DNA from: Candidatus Binatia bacterium
GTDB lineage: Bacteria > Desulfobacterota > Binatia > Bin18
NCBI GenBank assembly: GCA_963664395.2
Contig: OY761159.2
Span: 736,001 to 800,000 of the forward strand
Reading direction: 5' to 3'
DNA: 64,000 nt
Position numbers and translations under genes: made by a program. This document shows positions 19,501 through 28,558 of the stretch, in pieces; the first letter of the stretch is position 1; every line of letters starts with the position of its first letter. The notes beneath the pieces were generated by a model. The model made no database searches and was not told the DNA's origin. It worked only from the letters and a program-made list of their open reading frames with translations.

Positions 19501-21673
19501 AATCATCCGCCTCAATAAGGGACTGGCCATATTCCGCCCCGCCATGTCCATCCGTCTGAGTCAGGAACAGCGCCGCTTCACTAACGCCGACTTCACACCG
19601 CTCAAGCTCCATTACCAGGACCAAGTGCTCCAGATTCACGTCATGGCGGAGTACGTCCAGCGCGGCTTGCAGGCCATGGCCGACGCATTGGCTCTCGTCA
19701 TGGACTATTTCAGCCTGAAGCAGCAGGATTTTTTGCGCCGCTGGCTGCCCACCCGCGACAAGGAAATTACACGCCAGACCACGCCGGAGTCGTGGCGGTC
19801 CATTGTGGAAGACCTGAAGAATCCCGTCCAGCAACGCATTGTCGCCGACGACCGAGAACAGACCAGCGTCCTGGTACTGGCCGGCCCCGGCTCTGGCAAG
19901 ACGCGGGTCCTGGTCCATCGAATCGCCTATTTATTGCGCGTGCGGCGCGAAAACCCGCGTGGCATTCTGGCACTTGCCTATAATCGCCATGCCGCGGTAG
20001 AAATTCGTCGCCGTCTGGCCGAACTGCTCGGCGACGACGCCCGAGGCGTGACCGTGCTCACCTGTCACGGCTTTGCCATGCGGCTGGTGGGTGCCAGCTT
20101 CAGCGGGCGCGCGGAACGCCTGGACAACGACGCCTTCCGAGAGATACTCCGGCAGGCGGTGGACCTGCTGCGGGGCGCCGGGCTGCCGGCGGACGACGCC
20201 GATGAGCAGCGGGCGCGGCTGCTGGCCGGTTTCCGCTGGATACTCGTGGACGAATACCAGGACATCGGTCCGGAGCAGTACGAGTTGATCTCGGCCCTGG
20301 CCGGCCGTACCCTGGCCGACGAGGACGACAAACTCAGCCTGTTTGCCGTGGGTGACGACGACCAGAACATCTACGCTTTCGACGGGGCGTCGGTCGAGTT
20401 TATCAAGCGTTTCGAGGCGGACTATCGGGCCAGACCGGCCTTCCTGACGGACAATTACCGCTCCACGGCCCATATTATTGCCGCGGCCAACACGGTTATT
20501 GAGCCGGCCGCACGGCGCATGAAATCCGACCATTCTATCCATATTGACCGGGCACGCGCCCGGCAGCCGCTCGGCGGAGTCTGGGAGGAGTTGGACCTCG
20601 TGTCGCGCGGACGGGTGCAGATTATCCCCATACGGCGAGACCCGATCGCACAGGCCCAGGCGGCCATAGCGGAATTGCAGCGTCTGTCCGCCCTGTCAGC
20701 GGACTGGGACTGGTCCGGCTGCGCGGTCATTGCCCGCGAGTGGCGACACCTGGAGCCGGTACGGGCCGGCTGCGAAGTCTACGGCATTCCGGTCCAGATG
20801 GGCAACGAGGAAATCCCAGGGTTTTGGCGGCTGCGGGAGACCCAGACATTGCTTGTCTGGCTACGCCGGGGCGAAACCGACCTCGTGGACAGGAGCGTCC
20901 TCAGCGCTTGGTTGGACGCCCAAGTCTCGGGCCGCTGGACCCAACTGCTGCGAGAAGCCATAGACGAATACGCCCTGGAAACCGGCGGGACGGAAACTCC
21001 GCTGGATCACTTCATCGAGTGGCTGGCGGAGTGGGGGCGAGACGTGCGCCGTCGGCAGCGCGGCCTGTTACTGTTGACCGCACATCGCGCCAAAGGGCTG
21101 GAGTTCGACCACGTGGTCGTTCTGGACGGCGGCTGGAACAGCGTCGGCCGCGGCGAAGACGCAGACGCACCACGCCGGCTCTACTACGTGGCCATGACCC
21201 GTGCCCGGCAGACCTTGGCGCTGACCTGCTTTGAAAGACCCCATTCGTTACAGACAATGCTGCACGCTCACCCTTCGGTCCTGCACCGGCCCCCGGTCGC
21301 ACTGCCACCCTACCCCCCGGAGATGACAACCCGCTACCAGCGGCTCAGCCTGCGCGATGTTGATCTAGGCTTCGCGGGACGCCAACCGGCCAGCAACCCG
21401 GTGCAGCGCGCTATTACCGCTCTTTCGCCTGGCGGCCCGCTTCGAGTCCGTACCACGCAGCAGCCGTGGGCCTTGCTGGATCGCGCCGATAACGTGGTGG
21501 GCCGCCTGGCCAAAGGGTATACGCCACCGGACGCAATGCGGCTCCAATCGGCAACGGTTCTGGCCGTTGTGACGCGCAGTCGGGCCGACTCTGAACCACA
21601 ATACCAAGACGCTCTCAAATGCGAGGAGTGGGAGGTGGTCGTGCCGGAACTGGTGTTTCAACGCGCGGGCTAA
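16592..21673 (+). CDS. Multidomain protein: DEDD-like exonuclease + RecQ SF2 helicase + UvrD SF1 helicase + HIRAN-like C-terminus
   Basis: Exonuclease: DLEV/GHN..FD/DTL. RecQ: PTGTGKS, DEAHC.S.WGHDFRPDY, QEAGRAGRD. UvrD: AGPGSGKT, VDEYQD, VGDDDQNIY, NYRS, HRAKGLEF, YVAMTRA. Confidence 0.88.
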   Translation: MDFLALDLEVGRHDNRIHAFGAVRSWSGKAQTFQGGDLNAALENLDTFAKGADYLLGHNLIAFDLPHLTAAKPGLRLLRLPAVDTLRLNPLAFPRHPYHHLVKHYQDGQLKRGRINDPELDARLCLDVFGDQQKALSETDPDLLTAWHWLTGADDAGAGFDAFFAALRGAARPSHVDAYGAIRDRLADTTCLTQSRTVLQEVLADTAGNGWGLAYALAWLSVAGGNSVMPPWVRHQFPEAGVLVRRLRDTACTSPACEWCRERHDARKELTRWFGFADFRPEPHDKDGQPMQQAIVEAIMAGQHVLGILPTGTGKSLCYQIPALSRYDKTGALTVVISPLVALMADQVSGLESHGVVSGVTINGMLSMPERSAALERVRLGDASILIVSPEQLRSRTVRRVLEQREISLWVLDEAHCLSRWGHDFRPDYRYVARFIREKAPDGQIVCLTATAKPEVREDILTHFRDKLGVDLSVFDGGAQRTNLEFVVVPTTGGEKFAHIHQILTADLPSGRPGGAIVYCATRAQTEYIAQYLRAKHIDAAHFHAGLSPETKKNVQQRFIYGDLRVIVATNAFGMGIDKPDVRLVIHADIPGSLENYVQEAGRAGRDRETARCVLLYTTDDIERQFGMSARSRLTRPEIHAILKALRNLDRKKRMDGQVVATVGEILGEDEDAAFERDSATDDTRVRTAISWLEEAKLLTREEDRVQVFPSSLRVGSLEEARAKLAKTTVTADYRRRLLAITESVIDADPDEGISTDELMTVSGLPAEQVRRALHDLERLGIANNDTVLTAFVHTGVQHASPKRLDEAADLEHALIVALQEAAPDMGKDETSTLHVRLVTQRLKDTGHTSALPERVVRILRGLALDGRGEEGGKGSLGLRGLGREAVQITLQREWAALIETAERRRAAARVLLNHLLDSLPSGSRGTDLLAETTLGKLLNAIRSDLELKTSVRNPERLLDRALLWLHEQEIIRLNKGLAIFRPAMSIRLSQEQRRFTNADFTPLKLHYQDQVLQIHVMAEYVQRGLQAMADALALVMDYFSLKQQDFLRRWLPTRDKEITRQTTPESWRSIVEDLKNPVQQRIVADDREQTSVLVLAGPGSGKTRVLVHRIAYLLRVRRENPRGILALAYNRHAAVEIRRRLAELLGDDARGVTVLTCHGFAMRLVGASFSGRAERLDNDAFREILRQAVDLLRGAGLPADDADEQRARLLAGFRWILVDEYQDIGPEQYELISALAGRTLADEDDKLSLFAVGDDDQNIYAFDGASVEFIKRFEADYRARPAFLTDNYRSTAHIIAAANTVIEPAARRMKSDHSIHIDRARARQPLGGVWEELDLVSRGRVQIIPIRRDPIAQAQAAIAELQRLSALSADWDWSGCAVIAREWRHLEPVRAGCEVYGIPVQMGNEEIPGFWRLRETQTLLVWLRRGETDLVDRSVLSAWLDAQVSGRWTQLLREAIDEYALETGGTETPLDHFIEWLAEWGRDVRRRQRGLLLLTAHRAKGLEFDHVVVLDGGWNSVGRGEDADAPRRLYYVAMTRARQTLALTCFERPHSLQTMLHAHPSVLHRPPVALPPYPPEMTTRYQRLSLRDVDLGFAGRQPASNPVQRAITALSPGGPLRVRTTQQPWALLDRADNVVGRLAKGYTPPDAMRLQSATVLAVVTRSRADSEPQYQDALKCEEWEVVVPELVFQRAG

Positions 21674-21702
21674 GCCGCCCCGTTGTTTCGTTATGCGGAG
21701 AG

Positions 21703-21766
21703 CAAGCCGATTTGTCAGAGGCCGTGGAGCCTTTCGGCTTTCATCAACATAAGCCCGCAACGCCGG
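21703..21766. repeat. Left copy of a ~65-bp imperfect direct repeat (degenerate duplicate of the LLM gene 3' end)
   Basis: Shares caagccgatttgtc, gctttcatcaacata and cgccgg with 23500-23564; the minus strand reads ILPALRAYVDES versus VLPALRKYVDES. Confidence 0.85.
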
Positions 21767-21824
21767 CAAAATCCGCGTTCCTTAAAAAAGACTATGGCCT
21801 TTAGGCTTTCCTCCTGTCGCCCGT

Positions 21825-22226
21825 TTACGGAGCCGGTTTTCTGATCGACCGCTCTGCGGCTGTATAGTATCGAACATCTTCATTCTTTATTCGGATGATT
21901 TTTCCCATGCGTTGTGCTTTTGTTCGGAACTCATCGTGCCGGACTAACACTCGTAAAGACTGTGGAATTTCGCGGACTCGGCTATCCGGTATGGCAAAGC
22001 ACACGATACAAAAGCGTGGGTCTGCCCGGACCTTTCGCCAAAAATCCTGCTCGTTGATCGTGACAAATGTTGGCTGGGGCTGTTGCCGTAGTAAGTCAGG
22101 AATAGCGTCGTCTTTGATGATGCTGTTCGGACGCAAATCCAGGATGTATTGAACCGCTCCTCGATACCATTTTGCGATGTCTCGCTCAATATCTCGTCCT
22201 AATAACTGTTCGTCCAGAACAATCAT
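21825..22226 (-). CDS. PIN-like toxin (DUF5615/VapC45-like), partner of DUF433
   Basis: MIVLDEQL, D..I, FVTIN.QDF motifs; TGATG coupling to the DUF433 gene. Confidence 0.7.
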   Translation of the reverse strand: MIVLDEQLLGRDIERDIAKWYRGAVQYILDLRPNSIIKDDAIPDLLRQQPQPTFVTINEQDFWRKVRADPRFCIVCFAIPDSRVREIPQSLRVLVRHDEFRTKAQRMGKIIRIKNEDVRYYTAAERSIRKPAP

Positions 22227-22507
22227 CAGGCAGATGCTAAGTGGGGGAGGGTCTTGATGAACTGATCTGTTACCAAGCGGACCGCCTCCATTATTGCAGC
22301 CTGGGAGACACGACCGCGATAACCTTCGACGATCTCATCGATATTTTCTCCCGCCGCTAGCCGCTCGAGCGTGCCGGTGATCTCAACACGCGTGTATTTG
22401 AAAGTGGGACGGCCCCCACATACGCCCGCCGCTCGTACGACATAGTCCCCAAGCGGGTAATAGTGGTAGGGTTCTCCAGCAACTATTTCGGTCACGAAAG
22501 CTGACAT
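22226..22507 (-). CDS. DUF433-domain antitoxin
   Basis: VCGGRPTF..TRV....LERLAAGE.IDEI...Y motif. Confidence 0.85.
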   Translation of the reverse strand: MSAFVTEIVAGEPYHYYPLGDYVVRAAGVCGGRPTFKYTRVEITGTLERLAAGENIDEIVEGYRGRVSQAAIMEAVRLVTDQFIKTLPHLASA

Positions 22508-22611
22508 AAAAGGGACTCCTTACCGGCCAGTTCCGCCGCTATTATGCACCGGGGAAACTGCTGAAAACAAGACAAGGTATTCTAGCGCAATTCACCATTA
22601 TGTGTCGCCTT

Positions 22612-22684
22612 GTAGGTCGGGTGAGCTGCAGGCGTAAGCCGACAGCCCGGACTTGTCGGATTACGCTCCGCTAATCCGACCTAC
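22612..22684. repeat. GTAG-family REP doublet (REPIN)
   Basis: GTAGGTCGGGTGAGCTGCAGGCGTAAGCCGACA and an inverted copy GTAGGTCGGATTAGCGGAGCGTAATCCGACA, separated by 9 bp. Confidence 0.8.
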
Positions 22685-22728
22685 TTACTGGTGTTCCAGC
22701 GCGCGGACTGAGCCGCCCCATTGTTCCG

Positions 22729-23157
22729 TTATACGGAGGACAGACGCCGGAAATGCTCCCAGGCGATACGTGGTGACCGGACAGTCACCGGCCCGCGGCA
22801 GTTCGACGGAAAATGTTTCAGGTTACCGCTCACCAGCGTTCGTGGGGTTGTCAGGAGGGCAACCTCCAGGAATACCGAGTCATCCGCGTCAGGCGGGTCC
22901 CGGTGCGACCAGGGCAGCGCGGTGACGTGTTCCTGGAATTGCAAGATAGCAAAAAAGGCATCCTGCCAAGCTCGTACTATGCCAAGCCGTGGTCGGGCTA
23001 AGACCTCCCGGTATTCCAACTCAATACGGTCGTCAAACGCAAGCCGCAACCGACGCGCCAAGAGCATATCAACGAGGCGACCCGGTGGCCCAAGAGGCGA
23101 GAGGAGGCCCGACACAAGGACGTTGGTATCCAGCACCCAGACAGGAGCCTCAGCCAC
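22729..23157 (-). CDS. PIN-domain putative toxin (VapC/PIN_3 type)
   Basis: VLDTNVLVSGLL, EY.EVL.RP, D.DD..FLEVA and LVSGNLKHF motifs. Confidence 0.88.
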   Translation of the reverse strand: MAEAPVWVLDTNVLVSGLLSPLGPPGRLVDMLLARRLRLAFDDRIELEYREVLARPRLGIVRAWQDAFFAILQFQEHVTALPWSHRDPPDADDSVFLEVALLTTPRTLVSGNLKHFPSNCRGPVTVRSPRIAWEHFRRLSSV

Positions 23158-23452
23158 GCCGTACTCTTTTTTTCCGTGCCCGTCGTGCGGCTCTGATCTC
23201 CCGCTCTAGGTCTGCGGGCGTGACGGCCTCCGCGTCGTTTTGGGAGGATCGTGTCCGCATCGCGCGCACTGCCCGGCGGGCACGGGCAAACACGATTTCG
23301 CCGATATCCTCAAATAGTGTGGCGTCACTGGTGGGAATCATGATGCTGCGGGGGACCCCGTCTTTGGTGACTACCAGCGCCCCTTCCCGTTCAAGTTCCG
23401 CCCACACCTTCCCTGGCGCTGCGGTTAACATTCGTGAGGCGATTGTCTTCAT
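23150..23452 (-). CDS. Phd/YefM-like antitoxin
   Basis: MKTIASR.L......VW..L..EG..VVTKDGVP; 8-bp overlap with the PIN gene. Confidence 0.75.
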   Translation of the reverse strand: MKTIASRMLTAAPGKVWAELEREGALVVTKDGVPRSIMIPTSDATLFEDIGEIVFARARRAVRAMRTRSSQNDAEAVTPADLEREIRAARRARKKRVRRG

Positions 23453-23487
23453 GCACGACATCTACTCAATGTAATGTCGTGCGTCAA
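23453..23487 (-). promoter_or_regulatory. Leaderless TA promoter with a palindromic operator
   Basis: TTGACG-17bp-TAGATG with the ATG 7 nt downstream; inverted repeat gcacgacat-N12-atgtcgtgc overlaps the -10 element. Confidence 0.65.
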
Positions 23488-23499
23488 GTCAGCTCAGGA

Positions 23500-23564
23500 C
23501 AAGCCGATTTGTCGGAGACCGCTAAACCCCCTCAGCTTTCATCAACATACTTTCGCAGCGCCGG
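23500..23564. repeat. Right copy of the ~65-bp imperfect direct repeat (native LLM gene 3' end)
   Basis: Aligns to 21703-21766. Confidence 0.85.
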
Positions 23565-24545
23565 TAGCACTCGCTCGCCCAATAAACGTAGACCCTGTGC
23601 GGTTGTGAGGCCGTGGGGGGTGCCGAACTCGACCCGTCGGGCGCCAGCTTCGAATAGCGCCGCGGCTTGATTGGCTACTTGGTCCGGCGTTCCGGCAAAA
23701 GCCAGACGCTGGAGCAAGTCGTCGGAAATATAGCTTCCGGCTTGCTCAAAATCGTAGGCGTCGGTCGCTTCCTTAAGTCGGGCCAATAACTCGGGCTCAA
23801 TGGCTAAGCTGTGGTCCAGCGTGGCGATAATCGGCAGATAGAGCGCGGCTTCTCGCCGGGCGAGAGCGCGGGCGGCTTTGCCGTCCGTATCAACCACTGT
23901 GACCGCTCCGACCACTAAGCCAATTTCGTCAGCCTGCCGTCGGACCTGCCCAGCACCCTTGGCTATGGCAGCGCGCATCTGAGACACTGCGGTCGGGTTC
24001 GTTGTCCCGCCGAGTTTAACCTCCGCGATGTCTTCAATACACGCCGCAAGCGTCTTCTGCCCCCACGTTCCCAACAGAAAAGGAAGCTCTGACCGGTGTA
24101 TCTTCCAGCGCAGAGCCTCGCCGCCGGCTAAGGAAAACGCCTCTCCTCGATAGGGTTGGGTCGATTGGCTAAGCAGATGCCGAATGCAACCAAACGCCTC
24201 CCGGAGTGCGGTGATGGGTCGCCGGGGGCGCAGACCGACAAAATCCAGCCAAGCCCCACGCGCCAAGCCCAAATAGGCCCGTCCATGTGACGCTTCATCA
24301 AGAAGAGCGATATTGCCGGCAATATTGATGGGGTGACAGGTAAACGGATTGACCGCCGCGGGGCCGATACGGACGCGGCTCGTGTGTCGCGCGATTTCCA
24401 GCAGCGGCAGCCAGGCCGGCTGATACAGCATGTCATTATAGACGCTCACGCCGGCAAAGCCGAAGTCTTCAACGGTTTTCGCCAGCGGCCCGTAGGCCGA
24501 GAGGGGCTTATCCGTCTGAAAGGCAATGCTGACCGAACGGGTCAT
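23532..24545 (-). CDS. LLM-class flavin/F420-dependent oxidoreductase (Mer-like)
   Basis: RIGPAAVNPFT.HP..IA...A.LDE.S.GRA.LGL.RG and AFAGTP motifs. Confidence 0.85.
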   Translation of the reverse strand: MTRSVSIAFQTDKPLSAYGPLAKTVEDFGFAGVSVYNDMLYQPAWLPLLEIARHTSRVRIGPAAVNPFTCHPINIAGNIALLDEASHGRAYLGLARGAWLDFVGLRPRRPITALREAFGCIRHLLSQSTQPYRGEAFSLAGGEALRWKIHRSELPFLLGTWGQKTLAACIEDIAEVKLGGTTNPTAVSQMRAAIAKGAGQVRRQADEIGLVVGAVTVVDTDGKAARALARREAALYLPIIATLDHSLAIEPELLARLKEATDAYDFEQAGSYISDDLLQRLAFAGTPDQVANQAAALFEAGARRVEFGTPHGLTTAQGLRLLGERVLPALRKYVDES

Positions 24546-24611
24546 GACGAGTCTATGAAAGAGCGACCGGCGCCACGTTGCGACCGGCCGCTCCTGCGCT
24601 TCCTGTTCGAC

Positions 24612-25490
24612 CTACGCACCGGGCGCAAACGCCTCAACCGTGCGCATATCGGGTAAGGACTCATCGTCGGCCTTGACCGGCAGAAAGCAGACATGCGTGG
24701 CGCCGGCTTTGAGATGGGCGTCGATACGGTCCTGAATCTGCTCTTCGCTGCCCCAGGCAACGATGGCGTCCACCAGGGCATCGCTGCAACCGTCCTCAAA
24801 GTCCGCGTCCTGCCAGCCCAGGTTTTTCAGGTTGTTGGTGTAATTGGGCAGCCGAGGAACATAGGTCTTCATATACTGCCGCGCGGCGGCGCGGGCCTTG
24901 GTCGCATCCTTTTCGAGGATGACGGCTTGGGCGGCGCAGATCCAGGCGTCGGGGCCGATCTGCTCGCGCACCTTGGCTGTATGTTCCGGCGGCACGAAAT
25001 AGGTGTGCGTCCCTTGGGTCTGTTCTGCGGACAACGCAAGCATCTTGGGATGCAGAGCCGCAATCACGATGGGGGCCGGCTCTTTGGGTTTCGGCGCCTG
25101 GTAAAAGACGTCTTTCAGTTTCGGCAGGTATTCCTTCATATAGCTATACGGCTTGTTATAGTCGTGACCACGCAGGTTGGACACAATCGGCTTGTGACTG
25201 ACACCAATGCCGAGCACAAACCGACCGCCGGACAGCTCGGCCACCGTATTCGTTGCCGCGGCCATGGTATAGGCGTCACGCGCCCAGATATTGGCAATCC
25301 CGGTCGCGATAGACAACTTCTCGGTATTGTTCAGCAGATACGCAGCATGCGCAAACGGCTCACGTCCGACCGCTTCGGGTATCCACAGCGTCTTATAGCC
25401 GGCCTGCTCAACCGTCTGGGCAAATTGGGCGCTCTGCGGAGCCGTCATACCGTCCAGAAAAAACCATACCCCTACTTTTCCGATATCCAT
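24612..25490 (-). CDS. LLM-class F420-dependent oxidoreductase (MSMEG_4141-like)
   Basis: ATGIANIW.RD, GRFVLGIGVSH, AALHPKML and AGATHV motifs; RBS gaggagg. Confidence 0.85.
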   Translation of the reverse strand: MDIGKVGVWFFLDGMTAPQSAQFAQTVEQAGYKTLWIPEAVGREPFAHAAYLLNNTEKLSIATGIANIWARDAYTMAAATNTVAELSGGRFVLGIGVSHKPIVSNLRGHDYNKPYSYMKEYLPKLKDVFYQAPKPKEPAPIVIAALHPKMLALSAEQTQGTHTYFVPPEHTAKVREQIGPDAWICAAQAVILEKDATKARAAARQYMKTYVPRLPNYTNNLKNLGWQDADFEDGCSDALVDAIVAWGSEEQIQDRIDAHLKAGATHVCFLPVKADDESLPDMRTVEAFAPGA

Positions 25491-25674
25491 ACAAACCTCC
25501 TCAGACAAAGTCTCGCAAAAATCTGGTATTTGCAACGAACCGCACCATATGCCGGGCGTTATTGGGCTGTCAATCTTGGAGCTGCTTGAGAGCCGCTCTC
25601 CCTCGTCAAGACTCGCTCGGATGTGGTATAGCAGCAGGCAGGAGAAATCTCGCTAGACAAAGAAGGAGGCAGCT

Positions 25675-26547
25675 ATGAAATTCGGCATCCATTATTCTCT
25701 GGGTGTTGGCATGAATCCAAGCATGGACGATTATGTGCGCGTGGCCGTAAAGGCCGAAGAACTCGGCTATCACTCAGCCTGGTTGGGCGACCACGTTGTC
25801 ATCCCGGAAAAAATTGAATCTACCTATCCGTATACGCCCGATGGCTCAGCCAGCTTTCCTCGGCGCTTGCCCTTTCCAGATACCTTTGTCGTCCTGGCTG
25901 CCCTGGGCGCTCATACCAAAACCATCAAACTCGGCACCAGCGTAATCGTCGTCCCGTACCGCAATCCGCTCCCGGTGGCCAAGGCGGTGGCGACGGTCGA
26001 TATGGCGACCAATGGCCGCTATCTTTTTGGCGTTGGGGTGGGCTGGCTGGCGGAAGAGTTTGAGGCGTTGGGAGAGAAATTCTCTGAACGGGGCAGCCGC
26101 ACCAGAGAGTATCTTCAGGTCATGAAAGCCGTCTGGCAGGAAGAGGCCGCCAGCTTTGAGGGCAAATATTTTTCCTTTCCCGACCTGTACGCCCTGCCGC
26201 TGCCGGTCCAAAAGCCTCACCCGCCCATCATCTTTGGTGGCGAGAGTATGCCGGCCCTCAAGCGCGTAGCCGACCTGGGCGACGGCTGGCAGCCCGGTCC
26301 GGTCCCGCTCGAAACCTTGAGAAAACGTATGGGACAACTGAGAGAGCTTATGGCCGAACGTGGCCGGGATTTTTCGCAGTTGTCAATCTCCATGCTGGGC
26401 GATGTCAAAGACCTTCAGGAAAATCCCGATACGCTGGCCGCACTCGGTGAACTCGGCGTCCAAGAGATGGTGTTATTTATGGCAACCCTGGACACGGATA
26501 AGACGCTGGCACAGATGGAAGAAGCTGCGAACGCATTTATGTCCTAG
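25675..26547 (+). CDS. LLM-class F420-dependent oxidoreductase (Rv2161c-like)
   Basis: AEELGY.SAWLGDHVV.P, RNPL..AK..ATVD, G.GW..EEF and P.PVQKPHPPI..GG motifs. Confidence 0.88.
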   Translation: MKFGIHYSLGVGMNPSMDDYVRVAVKAEELGYHSAWLGDHVVIPEKIESTYPYTPDGSASFPRRLPFPDTFVVLAALGAHTKTIKLGTSVIVVPYRNPLPVAKAVATVDMATNGRYLFGVGVGWLAEEFEALGEKFSERGSRTREYLQVMKAVWQEEAASFEGKYFSFPDLYALPLPVQKPHPPIIFGGESMPALKRVADLGDGWQPGPVPLETLRKRMGQLRELMAERGRDFSQLSISMLGDVKDLQENPDTLAALGELGVQEMVLFMATLDTDKTLAQMEEAANAFMS

Positions 26548-26573
26548 GCTTCTTTAAGGGAGGACCGCTGCCC

Positions 26574-27467
26574 ATGTCCCTGATATTTCGCAAACTCCAT
26601 CCCCATTTCGTGGCCGAGGTCGGCCCCATTGATCTCCGCCAGGCGACTGACCCTGAGACGCTGCTGGAAATTCGCGCCGGCATGGACGAGCACGCCCTGC
26701 TCGTCTTCCGCAATCAGCACTTCACGGACGAGGAGCAGCTGGCCTTTGCGCAGCGCCTGGACGGCCGCTTGCACACCAAGACCGGTATCAGCGCGTTCCA
26801 AAAGAGCCGCCTGGGCAACGAGGCCCTGGCCGATGTCTCCAACCTCAACGCGAGCGGGCAAGTCTATCAGGCCGACGACCGCAAGCGCATGTACGGCCTG
26901 GGCAATCGGCTGTGGCACACCGACGCGTCTTTCCAGGACCCGCCCGGACGCTACTCCATGCTGTTTGCCCGAGTCGTCCCACCGGTCAGCGCGGACACGG
27001 AATACGCCGACATGCGAGCGGCCTATGACCGCTTATCGGACGAGATGAAAGCCCGGCTTGAGGGGTTGCGCGTGCATCACTCGATTGCCCATTCGCGTGA
27101 AATTCTTGGTTTTGAATTTTCCGAAGAAGAACAGGACATCCTCAAGGGCGCGATTCAGCCGCTGGTCCGCACCCTGCCACGCACGGGCCGCAAGTCGCTG
27201 TACATCGCGGCGCATGCCTCCAAAATCATCGACTGGCCGATTCCCGAAGGGCGGCTGCTGCTGCTCGAACTGATTGAGCACGCCACCCAACCGGAGTTTG
27301 TCTACCGCCACTCCTGGCGCGTCGGCGACCTGGTGATCTATGACAACCGGGCGACCATGCACCGGGCCCGGCCGTATGCAGACACGAGCTACCGGCGCGA
27401 GCTGCGGCGGGTGACGACGCTTGACGTCGACCACGCTATCGAGCAGGCTGGAGCGGCCCATCACTAA
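26574..27467 (+). CDS. TauD/TfdA-family 2-oxoglutarate-dependent dioxygenase
   Basis: WHTD.SF (HxD), TEYADMRAAYD and DNRATMHR motifs. Confidence 0.9.
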   Translation: MSLIFRKLHPHFVAEVGPIDLRQATDPETLLEIRAGMDEHALLVFRNQHFTDEEQLAFAQRLDGRLHTKTGISAFQKSRLGNEALADVSNLNASGQVYQADDRKRMYGLGNRLWHTDASFQDPPGRYSMLFARVVPPVSADTEYADMRAAYDRLSDEMKARLEGLRVHHSIAHSREILGFEFSEEEQDILKGAIQPLVRTLPRTGRKSLYIAAHASKIIDWPIPEGRLLLLELIEHATQPEFVYRHSWRVGDLVIYDNRATMHRARPYADTSYRRELRRVTTLDVDHAIEQAGAAHH

Positions 27468-27502
27468 GCAACACACAAGGAGAGAGGAAAGGAGATTCAC
27501 CT

Positions 27503-28474
27503 ATGGCCAATGTCCAGACCGTACTCGGCGACCGTTCCACTGACGATTTGGGATTCACCCTGATCCACGAACATTTAACCGTGGGCTTCCCTGGCTATGA
27601 ATGGGACAACACCAGTTTTGACCGTAAAAAGGAAATCGCCGGCGCCGTGGAAAAGCTCAAAGAGATCAAAGAACTCGGCGTCACCTCGTTTGTTGATCCC
27701 TGTCCGATGGAATTGGGTCGCGACCCGGAATTTGCCGCGGAATGCGCGGACAAATCCGGCCTGAATGTCGTGGTCGCCACCGGCTTATACAACGAAGCCC
27801 TCGGTATTCCGCCCCATTTCCGGAGCCTGCCCGCAGACGATATCGCCGAGATTTATGTGCGGGAGATTACGGACGGGATTGATAAAACGGGCATCAAAGC
27901 CGGTATCATCAAAACGGCTACCGGCGGTATTCCAGGTATGACCGAGACCGCTACAGCGATCGGCCCGCACGAAGAAACCTGTCTGCGTGCTGCGGCTCGA
28001 GCCCACAAAGCTACGGGGATGCCCATTTTATGCCACAATGATGAGCTTGGTCCGTTCGGGCGCGAGACCCTGGACGTGTTTGAAGAGGAAGGCGTGGATT
28101 TCAACCGCGTGCTCATCGGCCACGCCTGTGGTGTGGGAGATATGCGCTATTATTTTGACGTTCTGGAGCGCGGCGCGTGGATTGGTTTTGACCGCTTTGG
28201 CATTGATGTGATTGCCCCGGATAAAATGCGCCTGGCCTCGCTGATTGGTTTACTGGCCGTGGGTTATGATCGGATTATGCTCTCGCACGATGCCGTCCAT
28301 TGCCTAATGGGCCGCCCCAGCAAGGCCTGGGAGAAGTTTGTTGAAGCCTGCCCAAACAACAATTACTCGCATATTCTGAAAAACATCATTCCTACCCTGG
28401 CCAAAGCCGGTGTGAGCGAAGGAACCATTCACACCCTGATGGTCGAAAACCCCAAGAGCTATTTTGGCGGGTAA
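27503..28474 (+). CDS. Phosphotriesterase-like lactonase/hydrolase
   Basis: LG.TLIHEH, GIKAGIIK (carboxylated Lys position), ILCH, IGH and LSHD motifs. Confidence 0.9.
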   Translation: MANVQTVLGDRSTDDLGFTLIHEHLTVGFPGYEWDNTSFDRKKEIAGAVEKLKEIKELGVTSFVDPCPMELGRDPEFAAECADKSGLNVVVATGLYNEALGIPPHFRSLPADDIAEIYVREITDGIDKTGIKAGIIKTATGGIPGMTETATAIGPHEETCLRAAARAHKATGMPILCHNDELGPFGRETLDVFEEEGVDFNRVLIGHACGVGDMRYYFDVLERGAWIGFDRFGIDVIAPDKMRLASLIGLLAVGYDRIMLSHDAVHCLMGRPSKAWEKFVEACPNNNYSHILKNIIPTLAKAGVSEGTIHTLMVENPKSYFGG

Positions 28475-28484
28475 GTCTCGCTCC

Positions 28485-28514
28485 GAGCGGTTGCGCTGTC
28501 CGAGGCAACCGCTC
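28485..28514 (+). terminator. Intergenic hairpin downstream of the phosphotriesterase gene
   Basis: gagcggttgc-N10-gcaaccgctc; no U tract. Confidence 0.35.
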
Positions 28515-28558
28515 AGCCCACCGTTCGATACGACAGGCCCGGAGAGTAGCCCTCAGCC

